Of a stretch of DNA of 16,368 bases, positions 1 through 6,910 are shown one piece after another. The notes below the pieces were generated by a model. The model made no database searches and was not told the DNA's origin. It worked only from the letters and a program-made list of their open reading frames with translations. The position numbers and the translations under genes were made by a program. The first letter of the stretch is position 1, and every line of letters starts with the position of its first letter. The DNA comes from Planctomycetaceae bacterium. Lineage in GTDB: Bacteria > Planctomycetota > Planctomycetia > Planctomycetales > Planctomycetaceae. The DNA lies in contig JBHHZA010000043.1 in assembly GCA_046757805.1 (NCBI GenBank), positions 1-16,368 of the forward strand, read 5' to 3'.

Positions 1-3000
1 GATGGAGGGATGCGTGCCGGCGAGTCCTTCGACGGTCTGTTCGACCCGCGCGTCGACGATCGATTGCGAGTCGATTGTATTGCGAAGCAGCATCGCGGCG
101 ACTTCGTCGGCGTAATCGGCGTTGCCGCTAAGCCGCGAAGCGGTGTCGTGTTGGCCGAGAAACGCCCGCACCCAGTTGCGCGCCAGCCGGAAGCGGGCGA
201 CCGGCGAACCCTCGACCGACTTCACCGAAACCGCAAACTTTTTCGCGTGACCGAACTGCTTGAGGTGCGATTGGAAGGCGTCGCACAGGTCGGCCGCCGT
301 ACGGCTGACGGTGAAGGACCGGTTCTTGGGGCCGACCTCCTCCAGCTCGCCGCCGGCCAGCTCGAAGAACAGGTACTCGGCCGCTTCGTCCACAAGTTCC
401 GGCTCGAACAGTTCGAACTGCTCCACGAACTCGCGGAGCAGCGCCCGCAACTGGTCGACGTAGGCCTCGCGTCCGGAGCCGGCGGGGAACACCCGCGAGA
501 TCGCCCCCATGCCGTGCAGCTTGGCCGCCATCAACGCCTTCCGCTGCGGCTCGGCGAAGTGCTCCCAGAAGACGGCCCCCAGCGCGCGGGCCCGCGTGTG
601 AAACCTCAGCAGGCCGATCGTCGCCTGCATCTCAACGAGCACGCGTAACAGCTTCGCCGCGTCCCGGTCGTGCACCCCCTTCACGTAGCCTTCGCTGTAC
701 CGCGGGCCCATGAACCGCGCGACGAACGCCGCCAGCGCATCGTCGTCCATCTGCCGCAGGTCGTCCAGGCTTAGCCGCGACCCGGAGGGAAGCGCGTCCG
801 TTGCGCCATTCGTCGCCGCGTTCCCCTTCGGGTCGCGGCCAAACGGCGCGCTCGCATCCGTCAGCACTTTATACGCCAGATACTCCCCGCGATACACGTC
901 CCGGTTCTCCGAGACAACGTCCTGGTCCCAGACGTCGCGGCTGTCGTTGAGGAATTCGTCTTCGATTTCCTCGAAGAAGTTCGTGCCGGTGAGATGCAGG
1001 TTGAAGGCGCCGTCGCGCAGGACCGTCGTAAGGTCCAGGGCCTGCACGTTGACCGAGAACTGGTGGTTGCCGAACTGGATGACGTTCTGGCCGTCCACGT
1101 AGAGTTCCTGCCGGTCTTTCAACTGGCGGACGGCGTCTTCGCGGACGGTCTTCAGCCGGCTCTGGATGTCGTCGACCTTGACGGAGTCGTCGAGTTCATC
1201 GAGTTGTTCGCAGAGGTCGCGGACCTTGCCGATCATCAGGTCCGACGCGAAGTAGCTGTTGATGTCGTTGACCGACTCGAACCGCTCGACGCGGTTCTTG
1301 ATGCCTTTCAGGATCCGGTCGGCGGCGGCGGCCAGCGCACCGGCCCGCTTGTTCCGCGATTCGACGAGCGCCAGTTTGCGGGACTCGAACGCGTTGTAAA
1401 CTTCGTCCCGCTTTTCGGAGAGCTGGACGATGAACTCGTCGAATTCGGCGAAGCGCCCCTCCAGCTCTTCCAGCTGGATCATCACTTTTGTGAGAAACTC
1501 TTCGCACTTGTCCGGCGTGTCGCAGATGTCGAGATAATTGACGACGCTCTGGTTGAGCAGCTTCAACTGCGAATTGAACTCGGCGACCCCTTCGACCGAC
1601 GACAGTTCGCGCAACTGTCTTTTCAGCGCGGCCCGGGCCTGATTGACGGTCGCAAAGATCGTCGAAATGTTGTCGATGATCGCCGTCCGCTGCGTGGCGT
1701 CGTCGATTTTCAGGTTGCTGACGATCTCGATCAGCATTTCCAGTTCGCCGGCGCTGGCGGCGACGTCCTCCTCGACCTTTTTCGCGTCGGCGACTTTCGT
1801 AAGGTGCGGAATCCCGTCCTGCTGTTGCTGGATTTTCTCGACGTAGGGCTGAAGCGCATTGGGATTGAGCAGAAACTCGACGCAACGGTGCGAGAGCCGG
1901 TCGCTCTGCTCGACGACTCGGGTCTCCAGCGATTCGATCAGCGTTTCGTCGGCGTAACGAAGGTCCCGCAGCGAGATGATCTCCCCGCGTTCGCTGCGCA
2001 GGTCGGCCAGCGATTGCACGAAATCGTTGATGTGCTCGTAACGCCGGTGGGTCACCGCCCCCAGAATCTCCTCGGTCGCGTCGCGGACGCGCTTGGTCTG
2101 CTCGGCGGTGTTCCGCTTGACGCGGACGACCTTGTCGAACTCTTCAACGGCCGCCGCGGCGGCTTCCTTGATTTTCGCCAGCGGTTCGTCCAGCCGGTGC
2201 GTCTCCTCGCGATTCACCCAGAAATAGGAGTCGAGGACGTCACTGGCTTCCTTGGAGATGTCCACGTACAGGTTGGCGTAGGTGTCCTCTTTGTCGATCA
2301 ACGCGAGGACCTCGTGGCATTCGGCCATCGCGCGGACGATGTCTTTGTTGCCGATCTTGTAGAGGTAGGAATCGCTCTGCGTGGGCGGGTTGTGGTCTTC
2401 GCCGACGTACGGGGTCTGCCAGAGTTGCACGGCGTGGTGTTTCTGAGGTTCTCCCTGCGAGCGGAAGCAGACCAGTTCGCCGGCCTCGAACAACGTGTAG
2501 CCGTTGCAGACGATCGGCGTCTCGACCTGCTGCGCGATCAGATTGTAACGCAGCAGCACGTATTCGCCCCGGTCGCGATGGTAGAAGACGTACAGAAAGT
2601 CTTCGCCGTTCGGGGCGGCGATGCGGCGCTCGAAGATCAGCCCCGCCGGTACCGAATCGAACGTCTTGTGTTCGCCGGTCTGCAGATAATAGCCGTTGGC
2701 GAAGATCAGCCCGTGATGGTCCGGCAGGAGCACGCACGCGCGCTCGACGGAGTCCAGACGAATCGCCCGCTGGATTTTGTCGTTGTAAATGAAGTAGCGA
2801 TGCTTCTGTTCCTGATACGGCCGGATCTTCAGCAGGATCACGTTGCCGACGACGGCGTAGTAGACTTCCGCGTCGTCCAGCGTCTGATCGGGGTCGTCGA
2901 CCGGCTCGGAGTAAATGCCTTCGCCGCTGTCGGTGTTGTTTTCGATTTTGATCGTCAGGTCGCCGCCGACCGTCTCGACGAAGACGCGGTCTTCAATCGA

Positions 3001-3645
3001 AATGTGCGGGTGCAGGCCGGACTGGTGCAGATCACGGGTCGTGCGCTTCCATTCGAACTCGTGTTGTGGGGGATAGCGGACCTCGTGATCGCTGCGGCTG
3101 TCCACGTAGACCAGCGAATCCCCCTGCACGAGCCACTTGAACGTCTTGATGTCGGCCACGCTCTTGCCGACGCGCATCACCATGTAGAGATGCGGCCCTT
3201 TGGTGAAGAACTTGGCGAAGGTCGCGTTCTTGTAGTAGCGGTAGACGTCTTGGAATTCTTTTTCGAAGCGTTCGTCGCGGAGCAGCTCCAGGCCGAGTTC
3301 GCGGAACGAATTCTCGCGGAACTCGTAGACGGCAAAGACGTCGGCCAGGTCGGTCTCCGTCTTCAGCCCGATGTGCACGTTGTAACCGAAGAGGAACCGG
3401 TCCCCGATCGCCACCATGTCGCGGGGGACGCAGTTGTGCTGCGTGGTGATGCGCTCGGTGGAGAGCAGCGCGGTCTCGATCGCCCCGAAGACCGCTTTGC
3501 GGTCGACGTTGAGCCTCTCCATCCGCTCCGCGAGTTCCTTCCCGTAACCGGAAAGCCGGTTGCGGATGATCTCATACGTGCCGCTTTCCAGGGCGATCTC
3601 CGGCGCGGCGTCGGCGGGTTGGTTGTCGGGGTCGGGCGTGGCCAT
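1..3645 (-). CDS. Very large uncharacterised protein; start at 3645 lies in the window and more than 1215 codons are visible, but the 3' end runs off the window start. Beta-strand-rich N-terminal ~450 aa followed by a long alpha-helical region. Third gene of the NfeD-flotillin operon.
   Basis: I translated the minus strand by hand starting from the ATG whose reverse complement is CAT at 3643-3645. This gives MATPDPDNQPADAAPEIALESGTYEIIRNRLSGYGKELAERMERLNVDRK... and continues without a stop to position 1, where it reads ...ADYADEVAAMLLRNTIDSQSIVDARVEQTVEGLAGTHPSI. The composition is protein-like throughout, for example FANGYYLQTGEHKTFDSVPAGLIFERRIAAPNGEDFLYVFYHRDRGEYVLLRYNL and GTNFFEEIEDEFLNDSRDVWDQD. 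The plus-strand track ORF 994..3684 shares the same codon register and has the Val/Asp/Glu/Ala/Leu-rich look of an antisense shadow. I found no GxxxxGK[ST] motif in the visible 1215 residues. It lies on the same strand as, and 231 bp downstream of, the flotillin gene. Confidence 0.75.
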   Translation of the reverse strand, partial: MATPDPDNQPADAAPEIALESGTYEIIRNRLSGYGKELAERMERLNVDRKAVFGAIETALLSTERITTQHNCVPRDMVAIGDRFLFGYNVHIGLKTETDLADVFAVYEFRENSFRELGLELLRDERFEKEFQDVYRYYKNATFAKFFTKGPHLYMVMRVGKSVADIKTFKWLVQGDSLVYVDSRSDHEVRYPPQHEFEWKRTTRDLHQSGLHPHISIEDRVFVETVGGDLTIKIENNTDSGEGIYSEPVDDPDQTLDDAEVYYAVVGNVILLKIRPYQEQKHRYFIYNDKIQRAIRLDSVERACVLLPDHHGLIFANGYYLQTGEHKTFDSVPAGLIFERRIAAPNGEDFLYVFYHRDRGEYVLLRYNLIAQQVETPIVCNGYTLFEAGELVCFRSQGEPQKHHAVQLWQTPYVGEDHNPPTQSDSYLYKIGNKDIVRAMAECHEVLALIDKEDTYANLYVDISKEASDVLDSYFWVNREETHRLDEPLAKIKEAAAAAVEEFDKVVRVKRNTAEQTKRVRDATEEILGAVTHRRYEHINDFVQSLADLRSERGEIISLRDLRYADETLIESLETRVVEQSDRLSHRCVEFLLNPNALQPYVEKIQQQQDGIPHLTKVADAKKVEEDVAASAGELEMLIEIVSNLKIDDATQRTAIIDNISTIFATVNQARAALKRQLRELSSVEGVAEFNSQLKLLNQSVVNYLDICDTPDKCEEFLTKVMIQLEELEGRFAEFDEFIVQLSEKRDEVYNAFESRKLALVESRNKRAGALAAAADRILKGIKNRVERFESVNDINSYFASDLMIGKVRDLCEQLDELDDSVKVDDIQSRLKTVREDAVRQLKDRQELYVDGQNVIQFGNHQFSVNVQALDLTTVLRDGAFNLHLTGTNFFEEIEDEFLNDSRDVWDQDVVSENRDVYRGEYLAYKVLTDASAPFGRDPKGNAATNGATDALPSGSRLSLDDLRQMDDDALAAFVARFMGPRYSEGYVKGVHDRDAAKLLRVLVEMQATIGLLRFHTRARALGAVFWEHFAEPQRKALMAAKLHGMGAISRVFPAGSGREAYVDQLRALLREFVEQFELFEPELVDEAAEYLFFELAGGELEEVGPKNRSFTVSRTAADLCDAFQSHLKQFGHAKKFAVSVKSVEGSPVARFRLARNWVRAFLGQHDTASRLSGNADYADEVAAMLLRNTIDSQSIVDARVEQTVEGLAGTHPSI

Positions 3646-3697
3646 GGTGTCGGTTGCCGGGACGGCGTTGCAATGCCAATGTGATTCGGGAAAAGGC

Positions 3698-3809
3698 GGA
3701 CCCCGAAGGGGTTTCACAACAAAGCCCAGGGTCAGCGGCGAAGCCGCGCCACCCTGGGAAGGATTACGTTCGCGACTCTGGGCTTTGCTGTGTGACCCCT
3801 TCGGGGTGA
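3698..3809. repeat. Imperfect inverted repeat of two ~35-nt copies (3698-3732 and 3775-3809, about 29/33 identical as reverse complements) separated by 42 bp. Each copy has a CCCC-GAA/TTC-GGGG mini-hairpin, and the spacer has GCGGC-GAA-GCCGC. REP/BIME-like structured element inside an operon spacer.
   Basis: The left copy is ggaccccgaaggggtttcacaacaaagcccagggt. The reverse complement of the right copy is tcaccccgaaggggtcacacagcaaagcccagagt. The spacer hairpin gcggc gaa gccgc sits at 3735-3747. The element lies between the flotillin stop (3877) and the start of the large gene (3645), on the transcribed strand. Confidence 0.6.
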
Positions 3810-3876
3810 TGCGGGTCCGCGGATGTGCATCCCCGGCCGCGATTGGACGGATGACAATCCGTCCTACTGTTCGTTG

Positions 3877-5964
3877 CTATTTGGTGTTTTCCAGAAGACC
3901 GAGCCCCAACGCCTTCACCTTCTTCCCGGCGGAGCCGGTGCTTTTGACGAAGTCGAGGATGCGGTTCAGGTCGGCCTTCGATTCGTCGTCGTTGGATTCG
4001 ACCAGCATTTTGCCGATCAACGCCGAGACCGAGAGGTCCTTCACGTCTTCGAAACTCATGCCGAACTGGTCGATGAAGCCTTGCAGCTTCTCCTTGAAGT
4101 AATCGGGGTTGCCGTTGAAGAACGAGTTTTTGACGTCGGTGAGGGTTTCGCTGTTGTGGACGAAACGATCGACGGCCTTTCCGCCCTTGATCGAGTCGAC
4201 GATTTTGTCGAAGAAGACCGTTTCGCCGCCGACGATGTCGATGCGGGCCGACTTGAGGGCCTCTCCGACGATTCGCGATTGCGCCTCGGCGATTTCCTCC
4301 TGAGCGGTGATCGCGGCGATCTCGATGTCCTTCTCTTTGTTGAGGCTCAGCTTGAATTCCTCGTGCTCGCGGCCGACGCCGTCAAAGAGCTTCATGGCTT
4401 CGGCCTTCTCTTCGATGCCTTTCGCCTCGGAGCTGTACTTGAGGTGCATGACGGTGGCTTCGGCGGTGCCTTCCTTCTCGACGGCGACCGCGATCGCCTC
4501 TTTGCCCTTCGCTTCGGCGACGGCCTTCTTCTCGAGGACGCTGGCTTCGGCGGTGCCGTGCGTCTCGAACGCCTCGGCCTTGGCCGTGGTGACCTGGGCC
4601 TCGGCGAGTCCGACCGCGGCGGCGTCGGCGGTCTTCGCCTCGGCGAGCATTTTTCGGGCGGCGGTGTCCTTTTCGGCCGATTCGCGTCGGGCGTCGGCTT
4701 CGATGACGACCTGTTTCGCGCCGAATTCGGCGGCGTTTTTGGCCGCCTCGGCCTTCTTCACGTCTTTGACGAGCGCCTCTTCGGCTTCCTTTTCGGCCAA
4801 GGTGACGGCGACGCGTTTCGTCCGGTCGGCGGTGGCGAACTGTTCGGTGTCCTTGATGCGCTGCTCTTCTTCGACGACCGTGCGTTCGACCACGACCCGC
4901 TCGCGGATGATCTCCTGCACGTTGCGTTTCTCGGCTTCGATCACTTTTTCCTTCTCGATTTCGGCCAACCCGACGACGCGTTCGCGGTCGGTGACTTCCA
5001 GCAACCGGTCCTTTTCGACGCGCTCGGTTTCGACGGCGTCGGTCCGCTGCTTGTTTTTTGCGGCGACGATGATCTGCCGGTTCTTGTTTTCCTCGGCGAC
5101 CTGGACTTCTTCCTCAGTCACGATGCGGGCGCTTTCGGAACGCAACCGTTCTTCCTGGCGGATTTTTTCCGCCTCGGCCTCTTCGCGCGCGGTGATGGCG
5201 GCGATTTCCCGCTTCTGTTTTTCCTGGGCTTCGACGCGCTGGCGTTCGAGTTCGTAGATCGTCTCCGCGGCTTCGACGTCCTGCTTCTTGATGGTCTTTT
5301 CTTTTTCGCGGGTGAAGTGGTTTTCCTGGACTTTCTCCTTCGCCGTCAGTTCGGTGATCTTCTTGATGCCTTCCGCGTCGAGGATGTTCTGCGGGCTGAG
5401 CAATTCCAGTGGGGTCTGTTCGAGGTAGTCGATGTGACAGTTGTCGAGCCGGTAACCGTTCAGGTCGGTCCCGATCTCGGTGACGATCTTGTCGCGGAAG
5501 TTGTCGCGGTCCGTGTACAGGGAGACGAAATCGAACTGTTTGCCGACCGTCTTGAGCGCTTCGGAAAACTTCGCCTCGAACAGTTCGCGGAGCTGCGTGA
5601 TCTCGGAGGCCCGCTGCGGGTTGAGCATCTCGGCGACCTGCTTGATGCTCTCTTCCTCGTTGTTGACGCGCACGTAGAAGGCGACCTTGATGTCCGCCCG
5701 GATATTGTCCTGGCAGATCAGGCCGTCAGCCCCTTCGCGGGCGATTTCGATCCGCTTGACCGAAAGGTCCATCGTCTGCGCTTCCTGGATCAACGGGACC
5801 ACGACCATGCCGTGGCCCGTGCAGACCTTCAGCCCGCCCACACCCGTCTTGACGATCGCTTCCTCCGGGCCCGGTTTGCGGTAGAACCGGGAAAAGAGTA
5901 CGGCGAACCCGACCAGGAACACCAAGACGATTCCACCGTACATTAAGAGTTCAGCAGTAGTCAT
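3877..5964 (-). CDS. Flotillin-like SPFH/band-7 protein (FloT/YqiK family), 695 aa. N-terminal transmembrane helix, SPFH domain, long Glu/Ala/Lys-rich coiled-coil region, C-terminal flotillin tail.
   Basis: The track ORF begins MTTAELLMYGGIVLVFLVGFAVLFSRFYRKPGPEEAIVKTGVGG..., with a hydrophobic N-terminus followed by a band-7 core. An extensive EA/KE-rich coiled coil follows (...EAEKIRQEERLRSESARIVTEEEV...AEAKGKEAIAVAVEKEGTAEATV...), which is typical of flotillins. An AAGGTG Shine-Dalgarno-like motif sits about 7 nt upstream of the ATG at 5964. The start ATG overlaps the TGA of the upstream NfeD-like gene (ATGA at 5961-5964). The stop is TAG (cta at 3877-3879). Confidence 0.9.
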   Translation of the reverse strand: MTTAELLMYGGIVLVFLVGFAVLFSRFYRKPGPEEAIVKTGVGGLKVCTGHGMVVVPLIQEAQTMDLSVKRIEIAREGADGLICQDNIRADIKVAFYVRVNNEEESIKQVAEMLNPQRASEITQLRELFEAKFSEALKTVGKQFDFVSLYTDRDNFRDKIVTEIGTDLNGYRLDNCHIDYLEQTPLELLSPQNILDAEGIKKITELTAKEKVQENHFTREKEKTIKKQDVEAAETIYELERQRVEAQEKQKREIAAITAREEAEAEKIRQEERLRSESARIVTEEEVQVAEENKNRQIIVAAKNKQRTDAVETERVEKDRLLEVTDRERVVGLAEIEKEKVIEAEKRNVQEIIRERVVVERTVVEEEQRIKDTEQFATADRTKRVAVTLAEKEAEEALVKDVKKAEAAKNAAEFGAKQVVIEADARRESAEKDTAARKMLAEAKTADAAAVGLAEAQVTTAKAEAFETHGTAEASVLEKKAVAEAKGKEAIAVAVEKEGTAEATVMHLKYSSEAKGIEEKAEAMKLFDGVGREHEEFKLSLNKEKDIEIAAITAQEEIAEAQSRIVGEALKSARIDIVGGETVFFDKIVDSIKGGKAVDRFVHNSETLTDVKNSFFNGNPDYFKEKLQGFIDQFGMSFEDVKDLSVSALIGKMLVESNDDESKADLNRILDFVKSTGSAGKKVKALGLGLLENTK

Positions 5965-6611
5965 GTTTGCACCTTTTGATTCGCTCGTTTCACGAAATAG
6001 ATGTTGTCCTGGGGGGAGTAGTCGCAGATTTCGGCCCGCTCACCCTTTTTCATCGTTCCTTCCGCAGTCCGCACCGTCAGCAGCAGCGGAGCTCCGTCGG
6101 TGGCAAACCGGGCCTCTCCGCTGGTTTCCGTCGCCTCGCCGGTCGTAATCACGCAGGTCTTCCCGATCAAATCCGCAGCGCCGATCGGCGCGACGAAATC
6201 GAATATGTGCCGGATGGGCTGCGTCAACACCTTCGTGACCAGCGCCGCAATGGCGAAATCCCGCAGGATTGCCAACGCATCGCTGGAAAATACGAAATCC
6301 GCGTGAGGTCCCGGGTTTTCAAAGTACGTGGCAATCAGACGGGAAATCACCAGCGCCGAGAGCGCAAAAACGCTGAACCAGATCATCAACGGCACCCGCC
6401 CGAGATTGAGGAAACGCAACGGGACGAACCCCAAATCGAGCAGCGAGCCGTCAACGTCCGTATCGAAATGCAGGTCGTGGAAATCGACGTGCAGCAGATC
6501 GACCGTGACCGCTCCGAAGATCACCAGCAACCAGTACGCGCAAGCGACAATCACCAACACGGCCGCCGGCCAGGTGGGCCACTGGAAAATCGGCTCGAGG
6601 ACCTCGTCCAT
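5961..6611 (-). CDS. NfeD/YqiJ-like membrane protein (flotillin partner). N-terminal membrane helices plus a C-terminal OB-fold-like soluble domain.
   Basis: The track ORF 5961..6944 has an Arg/Ser-rich, implausible first 111 aa. A start at 6944 would also overlap the divergent gene that begins at 6911. I therefore start at the internal Met (reverse complement CAT at 6609-6611): MDEVLEPIFQWPTWPAAVLVIVACAYWLLVIFGAVTV...MIWFSVFALSALVISRLIATYF... followed by a soluble tail ...IGKTCVITTGEATETSGEARFATDGAPLLLTVRTAEGTMKKGERAEICDY.... Pairing an NfeD/YqiJ-like gene immediately upstream of a flotillin gene is the canonical operon arrangement (E. coli yqiJK, B. subtilis yuaF-floT). Confidence 0.72.
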   Translation of the reverse strand: MDEVLEPIFQWPTWPAAVLVIVACAYWLLVIFGAVTVDLLHVDFHDLHFDTDVDGSLLDLGFVPLRFLNLGRVPLMIWFSVFALSALVISRLIATYFENPGPHADFVFSSDALAILRDFAIAALVTKVLTQPIRHIFDFVAPIGAADLIGKTCVITTGEATETSGEARFATDGAPLLLTVRTAEGTMKKGERAEICDYSPQDNIYFVKRANQKVQT

Positions 6612-6790
6612 CGCGCATTCCTCAATGTCAACGCGTTGCCAGTATGCAACACGAACCTCCGCGTGTGTGGTGAGAACGCAACTCGAAACCGCGCGGATCA
6701 CGAAAAGTTGCACGTTGGCGTCGATTCTGCACTTTGGGACGGTCGCGCCGCAAGCACTTCTTCGACCGATTCTGCAATTCGTTGGTGCCC

Positions 6791-6831
6791 GGCCTTCCGG
6801 CTGCGGGAGTCGGCGAGAAGCCTTCCGGCTG
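6791..6831. promoter_or_regulatory. Two exact 13-bp direct repeats, gccttccggctgc (6791-6803 and 6819-6831, 28 bp centre to centre), in the ~300-bp divergent promoter region between the NfeD/flotillin operon and the glycosyltransferase gene. Candidate regulator binding site.
   Basis: The repeats are read directly from the sequence: cccggccttccggctgcgggagtcggcgagaagccttccggctgcccg. The same region also carries a 10/11-bp direct repeat, (t/c)cgattctgca, at 6720-6730 and 6765-6775. Confidence 0.35.
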
Positions 6832-6910
6832 CCCGATGCAAGGCGGGACGCCAACTGTCCGCGGTTCGCACGGCGTGATAGGCTGAGGTTGTTTCCCGAT
6901 AGACGCGACG

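Noticed and set aside
10-648. 212-aa plus ORF at the window start.
   Set aside because: Same reason as above: it is an antisense shadow of the giant minus-strand gene, with an Arg/Gly/Val-rich composition.
994-3684. 896-aa plus-strand ORF, the longest in the track.
   Set aside because: Its translation is Val/Asp/Glu/Ala/Leu/Arg-rich with runs such as VVDLDGVVEFIELFAEVADLADHQ. That is typical of the antisense frame of a GC-rich gene sharing the same codon boundaries. Translating the minus strand by hand from CAT at 3643-3645 gives a continuous, protein-like sequence through the same triplets down to position 1, so I call the minus-strand gene.
3817-3834. Shared 9-mer ccgcggatg plus GGAT-loop-ATCC hairpin resembling the arm of the 10319-10370 hairpin.
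   Set aside because: Hundreds of 9-mer matches between two loci are expected by chance in a 16-kb window at this GC content. They are not evidence of a repeat family without a genome-wide count.
3823-5946. 707-aa plus ORF, and 4307..5257, a 316-aa Ser/Ala/Thr-rich plus ORF.
   Set aside because: They are antisense shadows of the flotillin gene. Sense codons GAG/GCG/GAA of the EA-rich coiled coil read as CTC/CGC/TTC, giving L/R/F and S/A/T-rich low-complexity text. The minus-strand product is an unmistakable SPFH/flotillin.
5967-6878. 303-aa plus ORF, and the 111-aa N-terminal extension of minus ORF 5961..6944.
   Set aside because: The plus ORF is Arg/His/Gln-rich and overlaps the NfeD-like gene on the opposite strand. 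The minus extension is Arg/Ser-rich and would overlap the divergent gene start at 6911. The internal Met at 6611 gives a typical YqiJ/NfeD N-terminus.
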